A DNA stretch of 63,318 nucleotides from a virus (lineage: Duplodnaviria > Caudoviricetes): positions 1 to 63,318 of IMG/VR virus record IMGVR_UViG_3300037993_001113; one strand, written 5' to 3'. The notes beneath the pieces were generated by a model that was not told the origin of the DNA, ran no database searches, and saw nothing but the letters and a program-made list of their open reading frames with translations. Shown here piece by piece: positions 19,996 through 29,427 of this stretch (position 1 is the first letter of the stretch; every line of letters starts with the position of its first letter). The position numbers and the translations under genes were made by a program.

Positions 19996-21455
19996 TCCTT
20001 ATCTTTCCAACGTCGTAAAACCTCGCAATCGGCGCGGATGGGCACACGCCACAGGCGCTCGCCGGTGTCGCGGTCGTCCATCACATGCTCGAAGATACCG
20101 ACCATGCAGGCGCCCACCGCGTCGGCGTAGTCTTCGTCCACTTCAGCAACGATTTGATCGTGTATGCTCAACAATGCTTCACAGTGCAGTCCGGTACCGC
20201 GGAACGTGTCGAACGTGTCCTCGGTTTCCGCCATTACCAGCTTTGTCTGTTCCGCATTGCTGGCGGTAATCGCATGATTCTGCGCCTCGCGCAGTCCTTC
20301 GCTTACCTTATACGGCAGGCTGGAGCGCACCTGCGGGATGTAGCGGGGACGGCCCCACGGGTCCCATACGAATCCGTAGCGTCGAGCCCGGTAGTGTTCC
20401 TGAGCGAAGTACGCGGCAACCTCGGGGTGTTCCCGGTACCACTGCTGTATAAACCGGTCGCACCATTCCTCCGTAAGCCAGTCCGGCGGGGATATTCCCG
20501 CCGCCCAGTAGTCGCCAACCAGTTGCGACAGCAATCCCTTTTTGGTGACACCGTTCTGGATACCGAAGTTGGTCCGTTTGCTTGGCATCCGGTGCAGGTA
20601 CTTGTCCACTTTAGCCGGATCCTCAATGTGGAACGTCTGCATCGCGGTGTGCATGTGCGGATCGAAGAACGGGTCTTCATTGAACCGCGCGATCAGCACC
20701 GGGTCATTGGCTAAATGCACCATGTCGCGGAACTCCATGCCGGAGAAGTCAACCGACACAAGGCGCGTGCCTGGGGAGGCAACGAACGCCGCGCGGATGC
20801 GGGCGCCCAGCGAACTGCGGATAGGTATCTGCTGCAGGTTCGGCTTGCGGCTGCTGAGCCTTCCTGTGATCGCCCGTGTGGTGGTGAATGTCGTGTGCAA
20901 ACGGTTTGTAGACTCTACATGGGGAAGTTCGCACAGCGGGCAGCAGGGGCCTGCCGGGTGTAACCGTGCCATTGCGGGCAGGGCGTCGCAGAACGCACTG
21001 CGCAGTTTCGCGCGTTCCCGGTAAGCAATCACCAATGGCACCACCGGGTGCTGATCGCGTACCAGATCGAGGTTCTTCCGTCCGGTCGATACCTTGCCGC
21101 CGCCGGTAGACTTAAGCTTTGTATTGCGGCCAACGCCCAGCAGATCGAACAGCAGCTCGCGGATCTGTTCGGCGCTGGATGCGTTGATGCCGGCCGATCC
21201 TTCTTCTTCTTCAATTGCTGCGGCGGATGCGCTGAACCGGTCCAGAGCGAACGGCGGAATGTAGGACGCTATCTGCTTTTGCAGGTCCGCCATTTCGGCG
21301 GCGAACTGCACCGACAGTTCCTGCAGGTATGGCACGTCAACCGCGATCCCGACACGCGACATCCGGTTGAGCGTTGGCAGGATGGATAAGTCCAAACGCC
21401 GGACGTTTTCAAGATCCGGCTGTCCGGGCAGCGTTATGCCGTTATAGAGAGGCAC
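19992..21455 (-). CDS. polA: DNA polymerase family A, polymerase domain only
   Basis: TGRLSSRKPNLQQIP, motif A DFSGMEFR, motif B KRTNFG, motif C IHD. Confidence 0.92.
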   Translation of the reverse strand: MPLYNGITLPGQPDLENVRRLDLSILPTLNRMSRVGIAVDVPYLQELSVQFAAEMADLQKQIASYIPPFALDRFSASAAAIEEEEGSAGINASSAEQIRELLFDLLGVGRNTKLKSTGGGKVSTGRKNLDLVRDQHPVVPLVIAYRERAKLRSAFCDALPAMARLHPAGPCCPLCELPHVESTNRLHTTFTTTRAITGRLSSRKPNLQQIPIRSSLGARIRAAFVASPGTRLVSVDFSGMEFRDMVHLANDPVLIARFNEDPFFDPHMHTAMQTFHIEDPAKVDKYLHRMPSKRTNFGIQNGVTKKGLLSQLVGDYWAAGISPPDWLTEEWCDRFIQQWYREHPEVAAYFAQEHYRARRYGFVWDPWGRPRYIPQVRSSLPYKVSEGLREAQNHAITASNAEQTKLVMAETEDTFDTFRGTGLHCEALLSIHDQIVAEVDEDYADAVGACMVGIFEHVMDDRDTGERLWRVPIRADCEVLRRWKDKE

Positions 21456-21458
21456 GGG

Positions 21459-21665
21459 TCAGTCTTCGTCGTCGCCTTCTTCGTCGTTGCCTTCCCGGTC
21501 GTCTTCATCCGGTTCGTCGTCTTCATCCGGCGCGTCGTCCGCTTCGATCATGCAGTCTTCGCTGCAATAGGGCTTGCCGGAATCGCCGATCCACGGATCG
21601 CCATCGAATTCCGCTTCGCATTCGGCGCAGGTTGTAATTTCGTTCTCGTCAGGCGTGGAACTCAT
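21459..21665 (-). CDS. Small zinc-ribbon protein with acidic tail
   Basis: SD AAGGAG; CAEC...YCSEDC then a D/E-rich tail. Confidence 0.65.
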   Translation of the reverse strand: MSSTPDENEITTCAECEAEFDGDPWIGDSGKPYCSEDCMIEADDAPDEDDEPDEDDREGNDEEGDDED

Positions 21666-23076
21666 CTCTGTCTCCTTCGTGTATTCGGAACGCATCGCCG
21701 CGCCGGCGCGCCAGTTCAACCGCGACCCGCCCCGTCCAGTCCGCGTCGCCCACGGCGTAGTTTACAGCCTCTTCCATGGTGCAGTTGGCTATCCCCGGCA
21801 CGGGGTAGCCCCCGCATCTTGCCTCCACATGCGACACCATCCATTCGTTCAGCGGGTCCTGCCAGAACGCGTTCAGCCTGGGTTCGTCGTTGGCGCCCCA
21901 CGGGTTGTATTCGCCGTCAGGCGCGGTGTTGTCCAGCAGACGTTTGAGCAGCGACTCCAGATCGCTTTTACGTACCTCATCCGCCAGCGGTTTGCCGGTC
22001 TTCTTATGAAATCTGCTGCTGCGCCACTGCAGATCCAGCACCGCGACCCGATACGCTTCGAGCATCCAGTCCTGCAGGGCGCGGATCGACGCCGGCCATA
22101 CGGTTTCCTGATAACTGGTCATGGTGTGGCGGAACAACCGGTAGACCAGCGGCTTAAGGCCCTGCGGCAGGTTGCCAAGGTGGAATGCTTCCTGCATGGT
22201 GTCGCCTGAGGGCAGAATGTCGCATCCCAGCTTATGCAACACTTCCATATCGTAGGAGGCGTTGTGGAAGATCGTACGGTATAGAGACAGACCGGCAAAC
22301 AAATGACGCAGTGTGCGTTTGTCTACAGCTCGTATGAGAACACCCTGTCTGGGTTGCCATGACACCTGCACCGACCACGGATGGCCCGCATGGCTTTCCG
22401 TATCGATGGCCAGCACTGATGCGTTCTCCATCCCACGCAGACCTTCAGTATCCGTTATCAGTTTGTAGTCGACCGGTTCAGGCGCCGGGCCCCCGATGAA
22501 CGCTTCGTAACCTCTGCGGTGCATGTCCAAAGTGCCGCTCAGCCCCTGCCAGTCGTCCATACACACCTGCATCCAGCGGGACTCGTGCAGGCCGATAGCG
22601 GGATGGTACATTGGCACCAGCCAGCCTTCCCACCCGAACAGCGTGCCGACCTTGCCAGTGTGTTGTGGGATGCCGTGGTGAAGCTCCAGTCGGATACCCG
22701 GCACCAGACTGCAGGCGCTGCTGCCGCACAACACGATCACTTCCGGTTGCGTTCGCGCGATCTCTTCCGCTACGTGGTGCCGGGCGCACGCGGCAATGGT
22801 CTTGTCGTCCGGCGCTTTGTTGGCAGCGTGTCCGCATAACACGGTGTTGCAGACGCGGACCTGCGAGCGGTCGAGCCCGGCCAGCGGCAGGTAAAGCTCG
22901 TCCAGTTCCTGGCCGGTTTTCCCGCAAGCAACCCTGCCCTGCCGGTTCTCGTCCTGCCCCGGACGCTCCATGACGATCAGCACGGATGACGGTTGCGGTC
23001 CGTCCCCGCCTATCGCATGGAGCGATTCGTTGCCCGCGTTAGGGCAGTCCGGGCAGCGCTGGCACCAGGCAGGCAT
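21649..23076 (-). CDS. Uracil-DNA glycosylase (family-4-like) fused to a PolA-type 3'-5' exonuclease
   Basis: CxxCxxC, ERPGQDE, NTVLC, YHPA (UDG); IDTES, HNASYD, YAVGDA (ExoI-III). Confidence 0.88.
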   Translation of the reverse strand: MPAWCQRCPDCPNAGNESLHAIGGDGPQPSSVLIVMERPGQDENRQGRVACGKTGQELDELYLPLAGLDRSQVRVCNTVLCGHAANKAPDDKTIAACARHHVAEEIARTQPEVIVLCGSSACSLVPGIRLELHHGIPQHTGKVGTLFGWEGWLVPMYHPAIGLHESRWMQVCMDDWQGLSGTLDMHRRGYEAFIGGPAPEPVDYKLITDTEGLRGMENASVLAIDTESHAGHPWSVQVSWQPRQGVLIRAVDKRTLRHLFAGLSLYRTIFHNASYDMEVLHKLGCDILPSGDTMQEAFHLGNLPQGLKPLVYRLFRHTMTSYQETVWPASIRALQDWMLEAYRVAVLDLQWRSSRFHKKTGKPLADEVRKSDLESLLKRLLDNTAPDGEYNPWGANDEPRLNAFWQDPLNEWMVSHVEARCGGYPVPGIANCTMEEAVNYAVGDADWTGRVAVELARRRGDAFRIHEGDRDEFHA

Positions 23077-23080
23077 AGCG

Positions 23081-23281
23081 CTACGCGTCCCTTGTCACCG
23101 TGCCATTGTCGGCACTGACGCTTTCGACAAACTCTTCCCGGATGCGCCAGATATCAACGGTGCAGTGTTCCGCGGCAGCAGTGATCTTCGCCCAGGCCTC
23201 GATATTGATCAGGTCCTGCGCGAACGATTGCACCGGGTGGCCGTCGCGGGTGACACCGACAGCTACAGCGCGGTATTTCAT
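23081..23281 (-). CDS. Hypothetical protein
   Basis: ATGA coupling to the upstream gene. Confidence 0.55.
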   Translation of the reverse strand: MKYRAVAVGVTRDGHPVQSFAQDLINIEAWAKITAAAEHCTVDIWRIREEFVESVSADNGTVTRDA

Positions 23282-24054
23282 TGCGGTTCTTCTCCTCTCA
23301 GCCATGCGACAATACCCGTCGCGCTGCCTGCCCCGAAGTGTTTTACGTTACCCTTGCGATCCGTCCACGCTACCCGCCGCCAGTCGCGCGGTGTGGCCAG
23401 CACCATGTCGGAAACGCTGGCAAAATGCTTGCCCACGTCCCATGCCTTCGCGTCGATACCCGGTATCTGCGCCGCTACCAGCGTCACCGGGTTCGCCTCG
23501 CCGTGCATGATGTTCACCGCCCCGCGCTTCTGCTGGCTGGGGTCGTTGGTGAACAAGGCATCATGAGACCGATGCAGCTCGTAATCCTTGTCCCACCAGA
23601 ACCAGCGGGATGCGTAGAGCGCGGCGGTTTCGGCAGGAGACTGTGTGCGCCACACGCGTACCCCGGTCAGCTCCGTCATGCTGTACAGGTAGCTGTCCAC
23701 CTGCCGGTAGCTGATTCCCGCGCCGCGGTGGTACAGCGGTATCCACCGTCCCTGCGCGGGAACCTCGATTTCGCCGTTCGGTCCGGGGCGCCAGATGGAT
23801 TCGATCACCAGTTCCACACGGTCGTACAGACCGAACATGCCGCGCAGCTGATGACCGCTGAGCCGACGGTCCTGCATGCAGGCGATCAGATCGGTGATGC
23901 GCTTGCGTTCGTAACCGATCAGCAGGCCCTGTGAGGAGCGGATAGCCAGGTCGCCGAAGTCCAGCCTGGTAACGGTAAGCGGCAGACCGTACTGCTGCAG
24001 GTGGTCGAGCAGCGTGCGGTCCTCGCGGTCGTCCAGCAATAGTGACATTGGCAC
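23278..24054 (-). CDS. ERCC4/XPF-family structure-specific nuclease (resolvase-like)
   Basis: DDRE...LDFGD...YERKRITDL; C-terminal HhH-like IPGI. Confidence 0.85.
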   Translation of the reverse strand: MPMSLLLDDREDRTLLDHLQQYGLPLTVTRLDFGDLAIRSSQGLLIGYERKRITDLIACMQDRRLSGHQLRGMFGLYDRVELVIESIWRPGPNGEIEVPAQGRWIPLYHRGAGISYRQVDSYLYSMTELTGVRVWRTQSPAETAALYASRWFWWDKDYELHRSHDALFTNDPSQQKRGAVNIMHGEANPVTLVAAQIPGIDAKAWDVGKHFASVSDMVLATPRDWRRVAWTDRKGNVKHFGAGSATGIVAWLRGEEPQ

Positions 24055-24067
24055 ACCGGTACACCGG

Positions 24068-24412
24068 CTAATTACCGCGCGGATTGCTTCGTCCCGGCGG
24101 CCCGCCGAATCCCGGATCGCCGGGCATCAGCACACTGCGCTTCGCCGCTTCCGTTGCAGCGCGTTCACGCTCCCGCGCTTCGTACCGTTCGACTTTCGCA
24201 TCGCCGATCAGTTTGTTAAAGCACTCGGTGAAACCCGCCGTTCGTTTGGCCGGTCCGCGTGTACCGAACAACCGCCGCCCCAGCAGTTCCGCGAACGTTG
24301 CGACGCTGGCCAGCTGATTGGCGGACACATTAGTATTCCGGTAATGCTCGATCTGCTCCAGCAGCGCCTGATCGAACTGCGCGGCGGTAACCCGGTCCTT
24401 TTGGCGTTTCAT
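24068..24412 (-). CDS. Hypothetical protein
   Basis: SD GGAGG; fits the operon. Confidence 0.6.
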   Translation of the reverse strand: MKRQKDRVTAAQFDQALLEQIEHYRNTNVSANQLASVATFAELLGRRLFGTRGPAKRTAGFTECFNKLIGDAKVERYEARERERAATEAAKRSVLMPGDPGFGGPPGRSNPRGN

Positions 24413-24416
24413 CGCT

Positions 24417-25313
24417 TCACCGCGCCTCCTGCCGTAACGCCAGTTCCGCGTCCATCCAGGTTTCCTGCACTATCCTGCGTTCGTTCGGGTCGCGGCTCAT
24501 CCTGAAATCCCGCCAGTCGCGCAGCGCGGTGCGGTCGTCGGTCTGCACGGACTTTGCGAAATGCGCGCCCCACTGCGCTTCGCTGAGGCTGCCCCCGTAA
24601 CACCCGGTGCCGCCGGAGCGGCTGTAATCCGGCCACAGCATAAACAACCCGTGCAGGTACATCAGCCAGTGGGCGCTGTAATCGAAGCCTTTGGGTTCGG
24701 CCTGTTTGCAGTTCCACTGCGGGCTGAGCAGCCGCAGGTACGGGTCGCGCAGGAACGCGGTGCCGCCGCAGGTGTTGATGCCGTTGCCCATATGCACCAG
24801 CGCCGGGTCGGGTATGCGGCGTTCGGCGGCGTACTGCGCCGGGATGGTTTCGTGATAGCAGCAGCAACCGATCGCACAAGGCGACGGGTTTCCTTCGCCG
24901 TCCGTTTCCGCCAGCTCCAGCCTTTTTGTGTATTCGCAAAGCAGGAACGCATCGGGCGACAGCACCACGTCGTCTTCGACATACACCGCGATGTCCGCCC
25001 CGGCGCTGAAGGCGTAGTCGAGCAGCCATTTGCTTAATACATGTGGGTCAGACTCGCAGGCTTCCTCCACAATTTCAAATGGTATATCCCGGTTGTCTTC
25101 AATAACCGTGTGCACAACCTGACGCACCAGCGGGTGCTCGTGCCAGTTGACCGGCATACCGATCAGGATGCGGTCGGCCCAGCGGCCGAGCAGTCCGCGT
25201 TTCGCGTACGATCTTCCGCTCCACCGCTGCGCCCGCGCAATCGATTCCAGACATAACCGGGTTTGCAGCGGACGCCGGAACGTGCTGACCACAACGATAT
25301 TGCTTCCGTCCAT
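24417..25313 (-). CDS. GT-A fold glycosyltransferase
   Basis: VVVSTFRRP..LCLESI; YVEDD (DxD-like). Confidence 0.78.
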   Translation of the reverse strand: MDGSNIVVVSTFRRPLQTRLCLESIARAQRWSGRSYAKRGLLGRWADRILIGMPVNWHEHPLVRQVVHTVIEDNRDIPFEIVEEACESDPHVLSKWLLDYAFSAGADIAVYVEDDVVLSPDAFLLCEYTKRLELAETDGEGNPSPCAIGCCCYHETIPAQYAAERRIPDPALVHMGNGINTCGGTAFLRDPYLRLLSPQWNCKQAEPKGFDYSAHWLMYLHGLFMLWPDYSRSGGTGCYGGSLSEAQWGAHFAKSVQTDDRTALRDWRDFRMSRDPNERRIVQETWMDAELALRQEAR

Positions 25314-25492
25314 TACACGATCCTCCACAACAAAACGGCGATTACCGCCAGCAGCAGGATTATTACGCCGCAGGCCCATACGAACATAGTACGCGCAAAG
25401 CAGAACCTGCGGAACCAGTAGCCAATAGTGTCGGTATTTATTTCTTCCAGTGTCCTCAGCCTGCCTGTTTTTCCATTGGTATATTTAGTCAC
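25313..25492 (-). CDS. Small membrane protein
   Basis: GTGA overlap; C-terminal TM helix. Confidence 0.5.
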   Translation of the reverse strand: MTKYTNGKTGRLRTLEEINTDTIGYWFRRFCFARTMFVWACGVIILLLAVIAVLLWRIV

Positions 25493-26175
25493 CCTTCGAT
25501 ACCTCCCCGCACAATCCACGATGTCCCGCGCACTTCCACGGTTTTTCTCTTTACTTTGCCCAGGCCGTCCGCAAAGAACGCTTTGGTCGCGCGCCTCACC
25601 CCGTCGAATTCTTCGGTGTAGTCGTGCCCGGCGATCATCCCGCCGGGGGCTATCAGCGGGTACCATGCTTTCAGCTCCCGCAGCACGTGATCGTATTCGT
25701 GATCGTCATCCAGAAATACGAAATGCACCGGGTGCACGGGGGGCGCGCCCATGTGCGTTACCGCCGAAGCGCGGAACAGCCAGGCGGCCTCCAGCGAGTC
25801 CATACGCAGGATGCGCAGCGGGTCGGGGCTGAGCCCGCTTTGCTCCACGAAATACGCGAAGGTCTCGAACATATTGTTGTTGTGCTCGCGGTGCACGCGC
25901 GGTTCGATATGCCCCGCGGCGAACGATTCATCGCTGAACATGCCGGGGTTGTTCTTCGGAGTGCATCCCCAGGTGTCCACGCAGTATACGCGCAGCCGTT
26001 TATCCGCGTTGCGGGCGGCTTCGGCCAGGTATACCGCGCTTTTACCCCAGAACGAGCCGCATTCGATCAGCAGGCTTCCGGGCGGAGCTGTAGCGACTGC
26101 TTCGTCGTATATATCGAGGAACGGACTCCAGTCCGAAGGGATGGCGTTATGCAGGGTTGGTTTTTGCGTTTGCAT
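25489..26175 (-). CDS. Class I SAM-dependent methyltransferase (Methyltransf_24-like)
   Basis: IECGSFWGKS, VDTW, VFLDDDHEY, PGGMIAGHDY. Confidence 0.88.
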   Translation of the reverse strand: MQTQKPTLHNAIPSDWSPFLDIYDEAVATAPPGSLLIECGSFWGKSAVYLAEAARNADKRLRVYCVDTWGCTPKNNPGMFSDESFAAGHIEPRVHREHNNNMFETFAYFVEQSGLSPDPLRILRMDSLEAAWLFRASAVTHMGAPPVHPVHFVFLDDDHEYDHVLRELKAWYPLIAPGGMIAGHDYTEEFDGVRRATKAFFADGLGKVKRKTVEVRGTSWIVRGGIEG

Positions 26176-27520
26176 CGATGTCTTCCAGTACCTGATCGGC
26201 AATGTCTTCGGCGATCCAGTGCAACGGTTCCTGCTGCCGGTACAGCCGCATGGCCGGACTGTACCAGCGGCACGGTTCGCCGGGAAGTCCCCAGCGCCAG
26301 CACGACGACACCGGCAGCAGCACCGTGCAGGGAATCTCCAGCACGCCGCACAAATGCGCCAGCGCAGTATCCACGGTCAGCACATGGTCCATGCTGCAAA
26401 GGTATTCGGCGGTCGTCCGCCAGTCCTGCATACGGTCGTATTCGCAGATCAGCCGAGGCGGCTGCGCGAACGACGTTTTGCTGTAGATATCCGCGCGTTC
26501 CGGCGACAGGCAGTATAGTTCCAGCCCGGATGCCGCAAATAACCCGCCTTCGGTTTCCGTCTGCGCGTGCAACCAGTCGGTTACCTCGCAGGCGACACCG
26601 TACGGCAGGCTTTTGGTGCGTATCGGCGAGGAGTTTTCTTCGGCGCGCCAGCATACGCCAAGACGGAACGGACCGCCGGTGCGTCGATCGGTCCGGTAGA
26701 AAGGTATGTCCCCCCAAGGAAGCAACGGCTGCTGCGGTATGTCCCCCCAGCCGCGTACGCCGAAAACCGCGGGCAGGCTCATAATACTCGTGCAGTATTT
26801 CCATTCGCCGAACCGGATGTTGTCCCGATGCACAACAAATACCTGATCGACGCCCAGGCCGCTCCAGTCGCAAAGATCCGCGCATGATTGCGACATGACC
26901 ATAAGACCGACGCGCGGCAGGTGGTATTGCCGCTTCAGCAACGGCAGCCAGCGCATGCACATAAACAGGTCGCCATAGCCGCCTTCAGCCTGCACCAGCA
27001 GACTACCCGGCTGATCGGGCTGATCGGTGAGCGAGTCGTCGCAGGGTTGGAACAACGCACTGCCCGGCCACGGCTGCCAGCTCACATTACACCGTCCGGC
27101 TTCGTAATAATACAATCCTTCCTCGAACCTGCCCAGCCGCATCAGCGACTGCCCGTACCCCAGCGCGCTGTACTGAAACTGGACGGCGTGGGTGGTCGGT
27201 GTGCCGTGAGCGCGCAACAGGTCCAATGCCTGACCGTAGTAAGCGACAGCACGTTCGAATTCTCCCTCGGCGGTAGCCAGCTGTCCACCCTGATGCCATA
27301 CACTGGATTCGTCTCCACGCGCTTTCATTATGTTAGTTGCGACCATCCTGGCTTGCGCCTGGTACCCGTATTTGCGCAGCGCTGTTACCGCCTGCAACAG
27401 GTCCAGGTACTGCCGGTCGCACATAGGCGTATCCGTATCGCCAGGCCCCGGTCCGGGTGCGGTGGACGGCACCTTCGGATCTTCGGTGCGGTGTTGTATT
27501 ACCTGCGTGTCGCCCGGCAT
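26147..27520 (-). CDS. TPR-containing GT9-like glycosyltransferase
   Basis: TPR helices; AEGGYGDLFM; DHVLTVDTALAHLCG; WRW..WY..RLYRQ. Confidence 0.85.
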   Translation of the reverse strand: MPGDTQVIQHRTEDPKVPSTAPGPGPGDTDTPMCDRQYLDLLQAVTALRKYGYQAQARMVATNIMKARGDESSVWHQGGQLATAEGEFERAVAYYGQALDLLRAHGTPTTHAVQFQYSALGYGQSLMRLGRFEEGLYYYEAGRCNVSWQPWPGSALFQPCDDSLTDQPDQPGSLLVQAEGGYGDLFMCMRWLPLLKRQYHLPRVGLMVMSQSCADLCDWSGLGVDQVFVVHRDNIRFGEWKYCTSIMSLPAVFGVRGWGDIPQQPLLPWGDIPFYRTDRRTGGPFRLGVCWRAEENSSPIRTKSLPYGVACEVTDWLHAQTETEGGLFAASGLELYCLSPERADIYSKTSFAQPPRLICEYDRMQDWRTTAEYLCSMDHVLTVDTALAHLCGVLEIPCTVLLPVSSCWRWGLPGEPCRWYSPAMRLYRQQEPLHWIAEDIADQVLEDIDANAKTNPA

Positions 27521-27768
27521 GGCTTCATTTCCTCCAGTAGTATGCTCGCGATCAGATCGATCCTGCGTACCCGGCGGATGTTCGCCGACGCGTAGCCCGC
27601 GAACGCGTCCGGGTCGATATTCTCTATCCGGTGCGCGGCGCGGTATGCGGCGGCCTCGGCCTCCCTGCCGGATATCGCCGGGCGCCTGCGGGGCGCGGGC
27701 ACAATCGCAACATGCGCGTCCGGTGCTGGCCGGTCCGGCAGATTGGTTCTTACCGCCTGTAGCTTCAT
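27499..27768 (-). CDS. Hypothetical protein
   Basis: ATGA coupling; fits the operon. Confidence 0.5.
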   Translation of the reverse strand: MKLQAVRTNLPDRPAPDAHVAIVPAPRRRPAISGREAEAAAYRAAHRIENIDPDAFAGYASANIRRVRRIDLIASILLEEMKPCRATRR

Positions 27769-28565
27769 TCCCAGTCCTCCGAAGCGCTGTCAGGGCGCAA
27801 CTGCTGCGCCAGATACTTGAATTCGCACAGATCCCCCAGCAACAGCCGCTGCCCCTGTTCGCCCTGTAACGCCGCGCGGTCCTGGCACATACGCACGTCG
27901 ATCCAGAACCCGTCGGCGATGTCGAACCTTGTTTCCACCAGAGCGTTGGCGTGAAAACCGATCTGTTTGTACCCTTTGGGCTCGTCGAATCCCTGCGCAA
28001 CGTCCTTCACATAGGCTTCCCCGCCCTGAAAGGACATCACTACGTTTTTGCTCTCCAGGCTTACCAGAAACTCCTGGAATTCATCGTTGATCGGACCGTA
28101 CGCTTTCTTCGCCGAAGCGGCGTCCGCACTGAACCGGCTCGACTTTCCGTAGTAAGCGCACGCCATCATGTTGTAAAGCGTCGTGCCATCGTCGATACCG
28201 ATGGTCTTCACCTCCGGCCGCGCCAGCAGCGCCCATGCAGACGCCTTGATCTTGTCCACCAGTTCGCGATGAAACTTCTTGCTTTCCTCGCGCTCCATCA
28301 GCGCCATGGTCATCGGGTTGGCATACTTGTACAGCTCGTCCGGGTTCTTCGGCCACAGAATGGTGCGGTGCGGGTACAGTTCGCGCTTGACCTGTTCGAT
28401 GGTCGGGAGCGTTTTGCGCTGCAACGGTATAACTCCCAACCCCGGCGCGGTTCCGATCAATCGGGTTTTGCCTGTGCCCGGCCGCCCGAATACCGCGATA
28501 AACAGGTTGCCAGGCGGACCGAGGCGCAAGGGCTCGAACACAACCGGTATAACGGTGTCCTTCAT
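27765..28565 (-). CDS. AAA_24/Sak4-like P-loop ATPase (ssDNA annealing)
   Basis: FGRPGTGKT Walker A, TIGIDD Walker B; next to nuclease and SSB-like genes. Confidence 0.72.
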   Translation of the reverse strand: MKDTVIPVVFEPLRLGPPGNLFIAVFGRPGTGKTRLIGTAPGLGVIPLQRKTLPTIEQVKRELYPHRTILWPKNPDELYKYANPMTMALMEREESKKFHRELVDKIKASAWALLARPEVKTIGIDDGTTLYNMMACAYYGKSSRFSADAASAKKAYGPINDEFQEFLVSLESKNVVMSFQGGEAYVKDVAQGFDEPKGYKQIGFHANALVETRFDIADGFWIDVRMCQDRAALQGEQGQRLLLGDLCEFKYLAQQLRPDSASEDWE

Positions 28566-29182
28566 TCTCCGTACCCCGCTGCAACCGCCGCGTCCCGGTT
28601 GACTTCGATCATCGTTTGCATTTCCGCGAGCTCCTTTGCGCTGAACCCGACCAGATAGCGGGTGTACACCGGGTCCGGCCACTCCATCGCGCTCAGCACA
28701 TGCCAGCGCACGATGTCGCATCCGTACCCAAGGCAATAACCAGCGCCCTGGCACATCCACAGCCATTTGCGTTTGATAAGGTCGGCACCGGTGTACTTTT
28801 TAGCGCGATTGAATTTGAATTCTTCCACACACGGCAACCCGGCGTCCTTCAGCAGCGACAACCCGTCGCAGGTCATAATCACCGGGTCGTTCGCTTCGCC
28901 GGGCTGCCACAGAATCTCCCGATACAGGCTGACCGCAAACTCCTCCCAGGCATGGCCCATCAGCCAGCGCAGCGGGAATTCCTCTTCGGAGATCTGCTCC
29001 AGGTATGCAGTAATACGCGACTTCTCAGCGACGTACTTCAGCAACCCGGACAGGTGCAGGCCGGGCGTGCGCGGCGCGGGCATTATGTAACCGTCTGCAC
29101 CGACGGACCGGGGCAAAGGTACCCGGCGCAGAAGATCCATGCGGTCGAGCGTCACATCGGTTTCGCTGATGAGGGTTGGCAT
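28562..29182 (-). CDS. PD-(D/E)XK exonuclease
   Basis: GHAWE, TCDG, EEFK, Q..GY motifs. Confidence 0.72.
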   Translation of the reverse strand: MPTLISETDVTLDRMDLLRRVPLPRSVGADGYIMPAPRTPGLHLSGLLKYVAEKSRITAYLEQISEEEFPLRWLMGHAWEEFAVSLYREILWQPGEANDPVIMTCDGLSLLKDAGLPCVEEFKFNRAKKYTGADLIKRKWLWMCQGAGYCLGYGCDIVRWHVLSAMEWPDPVYTRYLVGFSAKELAEMQTMIEVNRDAAVAAGYGE

Positions 29183-29187
29183 GGCGT

Positions 29188-29424
29188 TTACGACCCCGAC
29201 CGCGACCGCGACCACGGCCCTGACCGCGACCCCGACCGCGACCACGGCCCTGACCCTGACCGCGACCCTGACAGCGACCACGACCGCGACCCCGACCGCG
29301 ACCACGACCGCGACCCCGACCGCGACCCCGACCGCGACCACGACCGCGACCCCGACCGCGACCCTGACCGCGACCACGACCACGACGACCTCTCGTATCC
29401 GGCCCGCAACAGCGCCCCGTTCAT
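29188..29424 (-). CDS. Low-complexity Ser/Arg/Gly/Trp repeat peptide
   Basis: MNGALLRAGYER-(SRSG/SRSW)n built from 6/12-bp tandem repeats. Confidence 0.6.
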   Translation of the reverse strand: MNGALLRAGYERSSWSWSRSGSRSGSRSWSRSGSRSGSRSWSRSGSRSWSLSGSRSGSGPWSRSGSRSGPWSRSRSGS

Positions 29425-29427
29425 TTG

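Noticed and set aside
21459-21665. Split intein or intron between the exonuclease and polymerase genes
   Set aside because: No intein terminal motifs (C1, HN-C/S/T) and no recognisable group I/II intron features
29190-29390. CRISPR/iteron array, or a Val/Ala-rich N-terminal extension of the nuclease
   Set aside because: 6/12-bp coding microsatellite; the nuclease has its own ATG at 29182
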